A stretch of DNA of 60,252 bases from Spirulina sp. (GCA_044070495.1 JBIPSI010000032.1:1-60252); one strand, 5' to 3'. Numbered from the stretch's first letter, positions 41,012-51,148 are shown. Translations and numbers: made by a program. The notes: generated by a model from the sequence alone, not told the origin.

Positions 41012-41155
41012 CGGGAGAAACCCATCAGTTCCTCTAGCCTAGGCCAAGTTTTGCCGCGATGCCCCAGATTTCAGAATCTTTCCCAAAGCGCAGAATACCC
41101 TGCTGGTACGCCCTAAAAATTGAATCCCTAAACCTGGTTTTTGGGTCTCTAGTTC

Positions 41156-41303
41156 TATGGCGGTTCTCGATAGGGTGAGCTAAACAGTTACCGGGTTCTA
41201 AATCCCCCAGTACCTAGCTGTCTCAGTTGTACTGTGTACCCCCTTGATAAGGGGGGCAGGGGGGATCGTCACAATGGGCTTCACCCAAGGGACATCCGCC
41301 ATA
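41156..41303. mobile_element. MITE-like element carrying a REP hairpin
   Basis: Ends tatggcgg..gggtga / tcaccc..ccgccata; a related degenerate copy lies at about 49165-49307. Confidence 0.55.
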
Positions 41304-41372
41304 TCATGCTGCCGATAAGCGATGCAGAAACCGGGGGTGTAGAACCTAACTCTAGAGCTTAGTACGCTTGAT

Positions 41373-41618
41373 CTAAGCGTCTGATGTATGATGGTGACAG
41401 GTCTCAACCGAAGGTACTGGGTCGTAGCCACCGGGATGAAAGGGATGGCAGCGAGTGATGCGCCGCACCGCCAGCCAGGTTCCCTTCAGCGGCCCAAAGC
41501 GTTCAATGGCCGTGAAGGCATACTGCGAACAGGTGGGCGTGAACCGACAGGTAGGCGGAAACAGCGGCGAAATGAACCGCCGATAGCCCTGAATGAGCAG
41601 CAATAAAATAGCTTTCAT
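41373..41618 (-). CDS. yidD: Membrane protein insertion efficiency factor
   Basis: '[17 protein letters not shown]', '[14 protein letters not shown]'. Confidence 0.95.
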   Translation of the reverse strand: MKAILLLLIQGYRRFISPLFPPTCRFTPTCSQYAFTAIERFGPLKGTWLAVRRITRCHPFHPGGYDPVPSVETCHHHTSDA

Positions 41619-41865
41619 GGCTCTATTGTAGCGGTCTGTCTTTTCAGCGAGTCTTAGGATTTTCAAGATCCCAGGGTTTTTCAAAAACCCTGGGATCTTG
41701 GGGTTGCCTGGGCGGTAAGAATAATATGGACGAAGTGATCCCTAGGACGCTTCCAGGATACCACGGTGTTATTGGGAGACCTTAGGGCACGGGAAGACGC
41801 GGGTAAATGGGTGAATTGGCGGCTAGGATGGCGGCTTAGAATAGTGATAGATCTACGGTACAGGT

Positions 41866-42498
41866 ATGGCTGATCCCGTCACCATCGAAGATATTTATGA
41901 GCTGTTTCGGCGCTCCCAGTCCGAGGCGGATGAACGCTTTCGGCGCTCCCAGTCCGAGGCGGATCGGCGGGCAGTAGAGGCGGATCGGCGGGCAGCGGAG
42001 GCAGATCGGCGGTCGGCGGAGGCGGATCGGCGGCTGAAGCGATTGGAACAAATTGCCGCCAATACCAGCCGCGAAGTGGCTGGGCTGACCACGCGGTGGG
42101 GCCAGTTCGTGGAAAATCTCGTGGAGCCTGCCGTGGTGCGGTTGTTTCAGGAGCGGGGGATTGAGGTGCAAGAAACCTCTCGTCGGCTCAAGTCTCAGCG
42201 CCCTGGGGCCTCAATGGAAATTGATATCCTGGCGGTCAATGGCGATGTGGCTGTAGCGATTGAAGTCAAATCTCGCCTTTCCCGTCAGGATGTGGAGGAT
42301 TTTCTGGGCCGTTTGCCTAAATTTAAGCAGGCTTTTCCTCAATACGGTGCTTACCACATTCATGGCGCGGTGGCCGGAATTGAACTTGATAAGGGGGTAG
42401 ACCGCTACGCCTACCAACAAGGTTTGTTTGTGATTAAGCAAACTGGGGATACCGTTACCCTGGCCAATGACCGCAAGTTTCAGCCGATGGCCTGGTAG
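41866..42498 (+). CDS. Coiled-coil PD-(D/E)XK nuclease-like protein (DUF3782-like)
   Basis: Heptad repeats EADRRxx, then 'EIDILAVNG..IEVKS'. Confidence 0.75.
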   Translation: MADPVTIEDIYELFRRSQSEADERFRRSQSEADRRAVEADRRAAEADRRSAEADRRLKRLEQIAANTSREVAGLTTRWGQFVENLVEPAVVRLFQERGIEVQETSRRLKSQRPGASMEIDILAVNGDVAVAIEVKSRLSRQDVEDFLGRLPKFKQAFPQYGAYHIHGAVAGIELDKGVDRYAYQQGLFVIKQTGDTVTLANDRKFQPMAW

Positions 42499-42533
42499 GG
42501 ACGGATTGGAAAAGAGCCGTCCTAGCGCTTGAC

Positions 42534-43127
42534 TTATTGGGTGCCTAGGGTGGAACCTGTAAAGAGGCCGGAGAGATTGAGGCAAAATCCAGGCAGAAGT
42601 TCCTCGTCCGATAGCGATTGAGGCTGGTGCAACACCTCAACGGGGCGATTGGCCCGATAGATTTCTACCTGTGGCAGATCGGGGTTGATCAGCCAACCCA
42701 GTTGCACGCCGTTATCTAAATAAAACTGCATTTTGGTTTGCAGATCAGCGAGATCGTCCGATGGCGATTTCAATTCGATCACAAAGTCGGGGCAAAGGGG
42801 TAAAAATCGCCGCCGTTGATCCAGACTCAGCGCTTGCCATCGTTCTAAACGCACCCAGGCCACATCGGGGGAGCGGGTGCTACCGTCTGGCAGCTTAAAT
42901 CCGGTGGAGGAGTCGAACACGACACCGAGTTGGCTGCGACGATTCCACAGCACCAGGTCGGCGGCGATCTCAACGTTGGCTCGGCCCGTTTCGCCCCCGG
43001 TCGGTGCCATGATGATCAAATCTCCTTGGGCCGTGCGCTCGAACCGTAGATCGCGGTTGTGTTGACATATCTGGGCAAACTGCTCGTCAGAAATTGAGAT
43101 GCTGGGAGGAACAGCAAGAGTAATCAT
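42534..43127 (-). CDS. Uma2-family endonuclease
   Basis: 'FDSSTGFKLP..RSPDVAWV', 'PDFVIELKSPSD', 'LGWLINP'. Confidence 0.92.
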   Translation of the reverse strand: MITLAVPPSISISDEQFAQICQHNRDLRFERTAQGDLIIMAPTGGETGRANVEIAADLVLWNRRSQLGVVFDSSTGFKLPDGSTRSPDVAWVRLERWQALSLDQRRRFLPLCPDFVIELKSPSDDLADLQTKMQFYLDNGVQLGWLINPDLPQVEIYRANRPVEVLHQPQSLSDEELLPGFCLNLSGLFTGSTLGTQ

Positions 43128-43231
43128 GGCCCAATGCCTGGATGCAGGATTATATAGTTCATAGGTATTAAGCCGCCGCTGCTATGGGCACGGAGGTTAG
43201 ACGATGATGCCCCTGAGGTTGCGCTGATGAC

Positions 43232-43594
43232 CTAATACTCCAGCAGCACGGTGCTGAAGTCGCCCTGGGGTGGGGTGGGGCGGTCGGGGGTAAACACGTT
43301 GCTGGTGGGGGCGGCGGTGGGGGCTGGACGGGAACGACTAGCGCCCATACGCTGGCTATCCTGGATCCGAATGGTGCCCGCTAGCCCATTGAGGTGATCG
43401 GTTTCTTGATCAATTTCGGCCAACCGAGCATAGAGGCGGGCGCGTCGTTGTTCGAGGTTTTCTAGCTCTTGCTGGATGCGCTTTTTTTCCACCGTCAGCT
43501 TATAGAGGTCGAGGTAGTGAGCGGCCTCGGTGCGTTGGCGGGGCAGGGTGCTCACCTTAGGATGAATTTTGCTGGGAGGACGCTGGCTCATCAT
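43232..43594 (-). CDS. GvpV-like coiled-coil protein
   Basis: 'PKVSTLPRQRTEAAHYLDLYKLTVEKKRIQQEL' recalls cyanobacterial GvpV-type proteins (recognition from memory). Confidence 0.5.
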   Translation of the reverse strand: MMSQRPPSKIHPKVSTLPRQRTEAAHYLDLYKLTVEKKRIQQELENLEQRRARLYARLAEIDQETDHLNGLAGTIRIQDSQRMGASRSRPAPTAAPTSNVFTPDRPTPPQGDFSTVLLEY

Positions 43595-43697
43595 GGCTCT
43601 CTCCTGGGGGCTAAAAACTCCGTAGATCTAGCTTGCCCAGGTTCGCCAAAATTGTCCAGGAACGTTGCTAATTGTGTCAGGGCCACCTGGGTTTTGG

Positions 43698-46280
43698 TTA
43701 GCCCGCTACCACAAAGTTCACCAGTTTGCCGGGGACGACGATCACCTTTTTGATCTCCTTGCCTTCTAGATAACGCTGGGCAATTTCCGACTCACGGGCG
43801 AATTTTTCCAGGGCCGCTTTGTCGGAATCGGCGGGGACTTCCAGGGTGCCGCGAGTTTTGCCCATCACCTGAATCACTAGGGTAATTTCGTCCGACACCA
43901 GGGCCGCAGGGTCGAAGCTGGGCCAGGGGGCGAGGTGGACGGAATCCGCATGGCCCAACTGATGCCACAGTTCATCGGCGATGTGGGGGGCAAAGGGAGC
44001 CAACAGCAGCACTAGGGCACGCACCCCTTCGGCATAGACGGGGGAGTCTTTGCAGGGGGCATCGCCGAGGGCGTTATTGAGCTTCATTAGCTCGGAAACG
44101 GCGGTATTGAACTGATAATCGCCATCAATGTCTTCCGTGATGTCCTTAATGGCGGCGTGGATGGCACGACGCAGGGTTTTCTCGTCTTTAGACAGGCTTT
44201 CGGGCAGGGCCGCGTGGATATCGGCCTCTTCGCGAGAGGCAAATTCCGTCACCAGTCGCCAAACGCGGTTGAGGAAGCGATACTGTCCCTCTACGTCGGC
44301 ATCGTCCCACTCCAGATCCTTTTCGGGGGGCGCTTTGAAGAGGATGAACATCCGCGCCGTATCGGCCCCATACTTGGCGAGGACGGCTTTCGGATCCACA
44401 CCGTTGTATTTGGATTTGGACATCTTCTCGTAGAAGACCTCCAGGGCATCCCCGGTATCGGGATCCACAGGATTCGCCGTATCCGCCACTTGATCCGTGG
44501 GGACGTACTTGCCCGTTTTGGGATTTTTGTAGGTGAGGTTTTGCACCATGCCCTGGGTCAGCAACCGCTGGAAGGGTTCGTCGAAGTTCAGCAAGCCGCG
44601 ATCTCGCAGCACCTTGGTCAAAAATCGGGAATAGAGCAGGTGCAGAATGGCGTGTTCAATGCCGCCCACGTACTGATCCACGGGCATCCAGCCGTTCACC
44701 TGGTCGGCGTCGAAGGCTTGCTCGGTGTTTTTGGCATCGGTGTAGCGCAGGAAGTACCAGGACGAATCAATAAAGGTGTCCATGGTGTCGGTTTCGCGCT
44801 TGGCGGGTTCTCCACAGGAGGGGCAGGGCACATTCACCCAGCGATCCAACTGGGCCAAGGGCGAGGCACCCCGACCGGAAAACTCCACATCCTCCGGCAG
44901 CGTCACCGGAAGCTGATCATCGGGCACAGGCACAATGCCGCAGGAGGGGCAATGCACCACCGGAATCGGTACGCCCCAGTAGCGCTGGCGAGAAATCAGC
45001 CAGTCCCGCAGGCGATAGTTGGCCTCACCGTTGCCCTTGTTCTGAGACTCTAGCCACTGAATCGCCGCCGCCACGCTTTGGCCTTCTCCTTTTCCGGCGG
45101 GGGTGCCATCCAAGGGGCCAGAGTTCACCATCATCCCTTCTCCGGGCCAAGCCTCGGTTAGGGTGTCGCCGTCGAGGGTGTCCCCTTCTGGCTGAACGAC
45201 CACCTTTACGGGTAGGGCAAACTTACGGGCAAAGGCAAAGTCGCGCTGGTCGTGGGCGGGGACGGCCATAATCGCCCCGGTGCCATAGCCCATCAGCACA
45301 TAGTCGGCAATCCAGATGGGGATTTTCGCGCCGTTGACCGGGTTCACGGCATAGCTGCCCGTCCACACCCCGGTTTTTTCGCGATCTTCGGCGGTGCGGT
45401 CAATTTCGCTTTTGGCGGCGGCTTCCTTGCGGTAGTCCTCCACTGTGGCGACGCGATCTGGTGCGGTCAGCTTTTCTACCAGGGGATGCTCTGGCGACAG
45501 CACCATAAAGGTGGCCCCCCAGAGGGTATCGGGCCGAGTGGTGAAGACGGGCAGTTCATCGCCGCCCTCGGTGGTGAAAACAACCCGTGCCCCGGTGGAT
45601 TTGCCAATCCAGTTGGCCTGCATGGTACGCACCCGCTCTGGCCAGCCGGGGAGTTTATCCAGGTCTTGCAGCAGTTCTTCGGCGTAGTCGGTAATTTTGA
45701 GGAACCACTGACGCAGCAATTTCTTTTCCACCAAAGCACCGGAACGCCAGGAACGGCCTTCGCTATCCACCTGCTCGTTGGCCAGCACCGTTTGGTCGAT
45801 GGGATCCCAGTTCACCGCCGCCTCTTTTTGGTAGGCGAGGCCCATGGTCAGCATTTGGATGAAAATCCACTGCGTCCAGCGGTAGTAATCCGGCGCACAG
45901 GTGGCCACTTCCCGCTCCCAGTCGTAGGAGAGGCCGAGTTCCTGGAGCTGCGCCCGCATTTGGTCAATATTTTGGTACGTCCACTGGGCCGGATGAATGC
46001 CCCGGTCGATGGCGGCATTTTCGGCGGGTAGGCCAAAGGCATCCCAGCCCATGGGGTGCAGCACCCGATAGCCCTGCATTCGCCGCACCCGCGCCACCAC
46101 GTCGGTAATGGTGTAGTTGCGAACGTGGCCCATGTGCAAATTGCCCGACGGATAGGGAAACATCGACAGGGCGTAGAACTTGGGCTTGCTGGCATCGTCG
46201 GATGCCTGATCTAGCCGCTGATTGGCCCAAACCTGCTGCCACTTCTGCTCAATCTCACCGGGGGTATATCTGGACTCCAC
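43698..46280 (-). CDS. leuS: Leucine--tRNA ligase
   Basis: 'MFPYPSG.LHMGH' (HIGH), KMSKS, '[11 protein letters not shown]'; GTG start at 46280. Confidence 0.98.
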   Translation of the reverse strand: MESRYTPGEIEQKWQQVWANQRLDQASDDASKPKFYALSMFPYPSGNLHMGHVRNYTITDVVARVRRMQGYRVLHPMGWDAFGLPAENAAIDRGIHPAQWTYQNIDQMRAQLQELGLSYDWEREVATCAPDYYRWTQWIFIQMLTMGLAYQKEAAVNWDPIDQTVLANEQVDSEGRSWRSGALVEKKLLRQWFLKITDYAEELLQDLDKLPGWPERVRTMQANWIGKSTGARVVFTTEGGDELPVFTTRPDTLWGATFMVLSPEHPLVEKLTAPDRVATVEDYRKEAAAKSEIDRTAEDREKTGVWTGSYAVNPVNGAKIPIWIADYVLMGYGTGAIMAVPAHDQRDFAFARKFALPVKVVVQPEGDTLDGDTLTEAWPGEGMMVNSGPLDGTPAGKGEGQSVAAAIQWLESQNKGNGEANYRLRDWLISRQRYWGVPIPVVHCPSCGIVPVPDDQLPVTLPEDVEFSGRGASPLAQLDRWVNVPCPSCGEPAKRETDTMDTFIDSSWYFLRYTDAKNTEQAFDADQVNGWMPVDQYVGGIEHAILHLLYSRFLTKVLRDRGLLNFDEPFQRLLTQGMVQNLTYKNPKTGKYVPTDQVADTANPVDPDTGDALEVFYEKMSKSKYNGVDPKAVLAKYGADTARMFILFKAPPEKDLEWDDADVEGQYRFLNRVWRLVTEFASREEADIHAALPESLSKDEKTLRRAIHAAIKDITEDIDGDYQFNTAVSELMKLNNALGDAPCKDSPVYAEGVRALVLLLAPFAPHIADELWHQLGHADSVHLAPWPSFDPAALVSDEITLVIQVMGKTRGTLEVPADSDKAALEKFARESEIAQRYLEGKEIKKVIVVPGKLVNFVVAG

Positions 46281-46512
46281 GTCCCTAACTCCTACTGCTG
46301 CTCTGGTGCGGTTCTCCCCATAATAACTAGGAGTGGTAGCGAGGATGTCAGCAGAAGGAGGTGCTCTCCCGAAGTTAGCCCCACCAAGTTCCATACTCGC
46401 AGGCCATACCCCATAAGTTGGAACTGGCTATGTAGAGCGACCGCTTCCTACCTAGTTCAGTAATGCTTCAGGGAGCGGAGCCAACCCGCTGTATCACTTT
46501 AGATGGCTATCA

Positions 46513-46547
46513 AAAAGCCGGATTTCTTGTGCAGAAACCCGGCTTTT
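46513..46547. terminator. Intrinsic terminator after the PEP-CTERM gene
   Basis: aaaagccgg..ccggctttt hairpin with A/T tracts on both sides. Confidence 0.7.
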
Positions 46548-46595
46548 CATCAGTTATTGGGGGAAACGGCGCATCGAGGCAGAATGTGCTGAAGC

Positions 46596-47441
46596 CTAAC
46601 GGCTCGCTTGTTCCCCAGGCTTCCATTGCCGCTTCGCGATGAAGGCACCACCGACCACCAAAAGGCTCAGAACCATGCCCGGTTCAGGCACAGACTCAGG
46701 TTCATTAAATCCCGTGGTACCCGCCCTAAAGGTGTGGTTGTCGGTCTCAAAACCACCGCCACCCTGTTGGGAGATCACAATTCGATTGAATAGGTCAGAA
46801 CTGGAATCGGCAAAGAAGTTAAAGTAGGCATTGTACTCCTTCCCATTGCCGATGGTGCCATAGGTTCTGAGAACAGAGGCTACGTTGGTCGTTCTCTCAG
46901 AGTCTGCAAAGGTGCGATTGTCGTTGTAGTAGACAAATCGCTGAACCAATGAATCACCGTTAAAAAAGGAAAACTCATTGCCGTCGTGGGCTGATCCCCA
47001 GTTGATGCCAAAGTAATTATGGGTGGCATCCAAATCAATTTGTACGTTTGTTCCTTTAAAGGATGTCAAATAGGAAGATTGGTTATCCCTTGGAGATTCA
47101 AAGGTGGGTGCCCATTGATCTTTGATAATTCTGGCATTATTACTAGTAGCACCGACATAGGAATACCGAATGCCTGGATTGGCTACGGTTTGGTTATTGG
47201 AATCAACAACGGTAAAATCACCATTGTTGAAATTCACCGTATTAAAGCCCTCATCCCAAGCATAAATAGAGTAGGCTCCTTGGTTGGTTTCGCCATTAAA
47301 CCCAGCGATACCTTTCATGGAAGCCTGGGTGGCACTTTCGTTGCCCAGGGTAAAAGAAATGGCTTGGGCCGGTTGAGTTAAGCTAGCAAGGGTGGCAATA
47401 CTGACTAAGGTGCCTAAGGTATAGGCTCGATTAAGGTTCAT
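46596..47441 (-). CDS. PEP-CTERM exosortase-sorted surface protein
   Basis: Signal peptide ending AQA, 'YFGINWGS', 'FETDNH', C-terminal VPEP + TM + basic tail. Confidence 0.88.
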   Translation of the reverse strand: MNLNRAYTLGTLVSIATLASLTQPAQAISFTLGNESATQASMKGIAGFNGETNQGAYSIYAWDEGFNTVNFNNGDFTVVDSNNQTVANPGIRYSYVGATSNNARIIKDQWAPTFESPRDNQSSYLTSFKGTNVQIDLDATHNYFGINWGSAHDGNEFSFFNGDSLVQRFVYYNDNRTFADSERTTNVASVLRTYGTIGNGKEYNAYFNFFADSSSDLFNRIVISQQGGGGFETDNHTFRAGTTGFNEPESVPEPGMVLSLLVVGGAFIAKRQWKPGEQASR

Positions 47442-47683
47442 AGAAAAAGCTCCATGCTGCGGCTATCTTGCCTCATCTTGGAGCAGACACCTGGAAAAAC
47501 AATCGGAGCTTCTACGGACGCAATCGCCTCGATTCCACCGTACCTAGGAGTAAGCACGGAGAATTGTCTCCGTAGCGCTTTCCGATCCACCTCATATCAT
47601 TGGCAATATATCCTTGGCAACGGAAATGCCGATCTAGACGGAGTGGATAAAAAACAGGTAGGGGACGGGGGATCCGTTGTGGG

Positions 47684-48070
47684 TTAGGAACCTTGGGTCA
47701 GGTAGGCTCGCCAGCCGCCAAATTCCGAAATTTCCCGCTGCCCTTCGCAGAGGATGGGTTCCCCCAGCACCCCCAACACCGTTTCCCCATTGCTGAGGGT
47801 GACTTTGCCGATGGACAACCCTGGCGGTTCTTGCAACAACACCTGCACCAAGCCAGCAGCGGGAATTTGCCACACCTCTAGGGCTACCGCCACCCCGCCC
47901 TCGGAAACTCTCACCATGGCCGGATGCTGATCGTGAATGGACCACAGCCGATAGGTGGGCGTGGTTGTGGCTTCATACAAAAACTCAGCCCCCGCCTGAA
48001 TCAGGTTGGGGTTGAGTTCTAGGCCTCGCATGAGGGTACCGTTTACGGCAAGTTTAAGGGCCTCGGCCAT
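47684..48070 (-). CDS. Allophanate hydrolase C-domain / gamma-glutamylcyclotransferase-like protein
   Basis: 'LAVNGTLMRGLELN', 'PPGLSIGKVTL', 'EISEFGGWRAYL'. Confidence 0.8.
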   Translation of the reverse strand: MAEALKLAVNGTLMRGLELNPNLIQAGAEFLYEATTTPTYRLWSIHDQHPAMVRVSEGGVAVALEVWQIPAAGLVQVLLQEPPGLSIGKVTLSNGETVLGVLGEPILCEGQREISEFGGWRAYLTQGS

Positions 48071-48509
48071 GGGGTGAGAAAAGACGCGTCGCTTCCCATC
48101 TTCGCTGATTTACGACGGGATGCAACCCTGAGGCTCCCCACGGACAGAGGGCATGGATTTGATGCAAACCCCTCAGTCAATTACACAGTCCCTGAAGTTC
48201 TCACCCTAAAGCCCTGGCCCCATAGGGACTACCGCTTATACAACGAGCGTATCAAAGCCGTCTTTAGTCGGCTTCGGCAGACTTTGGCAATAAGCTAGGG
48301 AGTTCACTCCCTGGCTTACTGACACAACGCCGGAAAGCCTTGGACGTTGAGTCCAAGGCTCAAATCCCCTCTCCTGGGATGGAGAGGGGACTGGGGGGAG
48401 ATGGCTTCCTGGAGGGTGGGCAAAGCACCGAATGAGAGTAACCCTTAACCGAAAGATAAACTTTGGTATCATTCCCTAGCAGTGGTTCTGGAAAGCGCTA
48501 TTGTAATAA

Positions 48510-49175
48510 CAAGAGGTGAGGCAAACCTCCCTCCCAAATCGAATAGTTCAGTCCCCGTTAAATAGGAGGTTGTTATCTCGTTAACGTCTGAATCTATCTC
48601 GCACATCAAGCAGCCTTTCTCCTTAGTGGCTGATATTTCCTCCCCTTACTCCTAGAGAGCTCTGCATTAGATACCCAGAGACGCAACAACCCACTACGAC
48701 GGTATCGACCCATCTCTACTTAGTCACATCCTATTTGAGGAAATGCTTCACAAATCCTTGGAAAGGCTGCTGTTATCCTCCTTCTTTACGGAAGAGATAG
48801 ACCGTTTTTCGTTCATGGTTGAAGAGTTCAGTCTTCTTGTTGTCAGGAGGTTGTTACTTCGGATACATCTCAATTTCTTGCTTCAACATCAGCCCTGCCC
48901 TACTTCATGCTACTGATGTTTCTACCTCTGATCTGATAGAGAGCACTGCATTAGATACCTAGAAACGCAACAATACTCTACACGACGGTATCGACCCATC
49001 TCTAAAGTATCAGTCTCTATGTGAGAAACCATTCCTAGTAGCTGGTCTGGGTACTGCTGATAGCCTCAGTGGTTCACTTTCATTATTTCGATTTCGTTCA
49101 ACTCATTTTCGTTTGATTTCTGTCTAGTTTGTAGAATAGTCCCGGCTCTGGTTTCAGGGTTGGGGCTATTCTTTT
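48510..49175 (+). ncRNA. Candidate long structured ncRNA made of two tandem ~280-nt rod-like modules
   Basis: -10 tattgt (48499-48504), 5' hairpin, two diverged repeat units with compensatory stems, strong terminator, no ORF >=60 aa. Confidence 0.65.
49133..49175 (+). terminator. Intrinsic terminator
   Basis: agaatagtcccggctctg-gttt-cagggttggggctattct followed by a T tract. Confidence 0.8.
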
Positions 49176-49335
49176 AATGTGAGATAAACCGCTGCTGAGT
49201 TCTAGATCCCCCCAGGGCCTCGCGGTCTAAGGTTCATGCCGTACCCCCTTGGTAAGGGGGCGGGGGGGATCATCGCCATGTGCTTAACCTGAGTGAAATT
49301 CGCTATACATTTAAGGCAGTTTTTACGCTGCTGCC

Positions 49336-49992
49336 ATGCCGATCATTTTGCCACTGTTTGCCAAGGCCTTTCTCACCCTCTTTGTGGTGATTGATCCGGT
49401 GGGGCTGGTTCCCCTCTATCTGGCCCTCGTCCATGATCGGTCGGAGGAGGAGCAGTCTCAAATTGCCATTCGTGCCGTGGTGGTCTCGGCGGTTATTCTG
49501 CTGGCTTTTGGGCTAACGGGGGCCTACGTTCTGCACAATCTGGGCATTAGCCTGCAAGCCTTTCAAATTGCGGCGGGGGTGTTGCTGTTCAAAATTGCCC
49601 TAGACATGATTTTCGTTCACCAAGAGCGCGAAACCCAGGCCGAAGCCAAGGAGGCCGAGTCTCGCCAGGATGTGAGCGTGTTTCCCCTAGCGATTCCGCT
49701 GATTGCTGGCCCTGGTAGTTTGGCGAGTATTTTGGTGCTGTCGCGGGAGGCCACCAACTATTACCTGGGGCTGAGCGTGGTCTTGGCGGCGGCGGCCATC
49801 GTGATTTTGCTGTGCTATCTATTTTTGCTGTTGTCTCGCCCCCTGGCCAAACTCCTCGGACAAATTGGTATCAACGTGGTTACCCGTGTGCTGGGGGTGC
49901 TGCTGGCGGCCCTGGCGGTGCAGTATATGCTAGACGGCCTGCTAACGCTGCTGCAACTGCCCCCCGCCCAAGCCTTTGGGTTGGATGGTTGA
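49336..49992 (+). CDS. MarC-family membrane protein
   Basis: 'LFVVIDPVG', 'FPLAIPLIAGPG', 'TRVLGVLLAALAVQ'. Confidence 0.92.
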   Translation: MPIILPLFAKAFLTLFVVIDPVGLVPLYLALVHDRSEEEQSQIAIRAVVVSAVILLAFGLTGAYVLHNLGISLQAFQIAAGVLLFKIALDMIFVHQERETQAEAKEAESRQDVSVFPLAIPLIAGPGSLASILVLSREATNYYLGLSVVLAAAAIVILLCYLFLLLSRPLAKLLGQIGINVVTRVLGVLLAALAVQYMLDGLLTLLQLPPAQAFGLDG

Positions 49993-49997
49993 ATCCC

Positions 49998-50264
49998 CTA
50001 ACCCTTTCCCGCCGCATTCCCCACTAGCGCATTAATGGCAGGGGCCACGGCCTGTAGGACGGGCGATAGAATCACCACGGACGCTGCCGCGATCACAATC
50101 GTCGTGGCTAGGCGCATGACTTGGTCTGAGGCCGTTTGATAGGTATCAAACTTGTAGTCCAGCTTTTCAACATCTGTTTCTAGGCGATCTAGGCGTTGGC
50201 TAATTTGCCGCAGTTCCGACAACACCTGTTGCTGAAAGTCGTTCGATGGCTCGTTGACTTGCAT
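49998..50264 (-). CDS. Small coiled-coil protein with C-terminal TM
   Basis: 'QRLDRLETDVEKLDYKFDTYQ' followed by a hydrophobic helix. Confidence 0.6.
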   Translation of the reverse strand: MQVNEPSNDFQQQVLSELRQISQRLDRLETDVEKLDYKFDTYQTASDQVMRLATTIVIAAASVVILSPVLQAVAPAINALVGNAAGKG

Positions 50265-50341
50265 AACCCTGGGGGATGGTGACTGCCTATCATTATCGCT
50301 GATATACACTAGGGAGGATGGACGACTTCTGCGCTGCACGT

Positions 50342-50932
50342 ATGACCCACGCCACCGATGTTCAAACCCTGGCCCGCTGGATGGCCGCCGACTTTAGCAA
50401 CCAGCAGCAAGCCTTTGACAATCCGCCGCTGTTTGCCCACATTCGGGTGTGTATGCGGCCCCTGCCCAAGGAAACCCTGGATGGCTTTGGGTTTTACATC
50501 GAACAAGCCTACGACTACATGCTGGATCGTCCCTACCGGGCGCGGGGCATGAAGCTGGTGGCCCACGGCGACCATATTGTGATTGAGAACTACACCATCA
50601 CCGATCCCGAAACCTTCTACGGGGCCTCTCGCAACCCAGAACAATTGGCCAAATTCACCTCCAGCCACTTTCAGCGCACCCCTGGCTGCAATTTGATTGT
50701 GCAATGGACGGGCCGCAGCTTTAAGGGATCCGTTGAACCCGGAAAAGCCTGCATGGTGGAGCGCAACGGCAAGCTCACCTACCTCGACAGCGAATTTGAA
50801 ATTGACGCCGACCAGTTCATTAGCTGGGACCGAGGCCGCGACCCCGAAACCGACGAACACCTCTGGGGTGCCCTGGCGGGGCCATTTCAGTTTAAGCGGC
50901 GGGCCAGCTTTGCCCATGAGGTAGCGGCTTAG
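50342..50932 (+). CDS. cpcT: Phycobiliprotein lyase CpcT/CpeT
   Basis: 'LARWMAADFSNQQQA..PPLFAHI', 'EQAYDY..PYR', 'SWDRGRDPET..WG'. Confidence 0.93.
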   Translation: MTHATDVQTLARWMAADFSNQQQAFDNPPLFAHIRVCMRPLPKETLDGFGFYIEQAYDYMLDRPYRARGMKLVAHGDHIVIENYTITDPETFYGASRNPEQLAKFTSSHFQRTPGCNLIVQWTGRSFKGSVEPGKACMVERNGKLTYLDSEFEIDADQFISWDRGRDPETDEHLWGALAGPFQFKRRASFAHEVAA

Positions 50933-51148
50933 TTGGTCTCAGTAGATCGCAGAGTCCCGGCAGCCCACCCTGACGGCAATCAAGCTACATCCCCAGCCCC
51001 GCTCCCAGGAGGCAGAGGGTGCCGGAAAGTCCCTCAAAGTCCTTCTCCCAATGTGGGAGAGGGATTTAGGGTGAGGGCCAAATCAGGGCAGTAGAGCAAG
51101 TTTGTGATCTACTGAGTCTCCATCCCATTCCGTTCCAAGGACGTTTCT

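Noticed and set aside
44157..46031. Long antisense ORFs opposite leuS (similarly 12876-13598, 26512-27132, 36141-36731)
   Set aside because: Shadow frames expected from GC3-biased genes; no recognisable motifs.
48071..48300. Guanidine riboswitch upstream of the allophanate-hydrolase-like gene
   Set aside because: No ykkC, mini-ykkC or ykkC-III consensus could be seen on the minus strand.
48541..49100. CRISPR- or TIGR-type array, or rRNA fragment (ATTAGATACCC resembles a 16S motif)
   Set aside because: Only two long units with several different conserved blocks, no constant repeat-spacer period and no cas/tas gene nearby. The rRNA match is about 11 nt with no flanking similarity.
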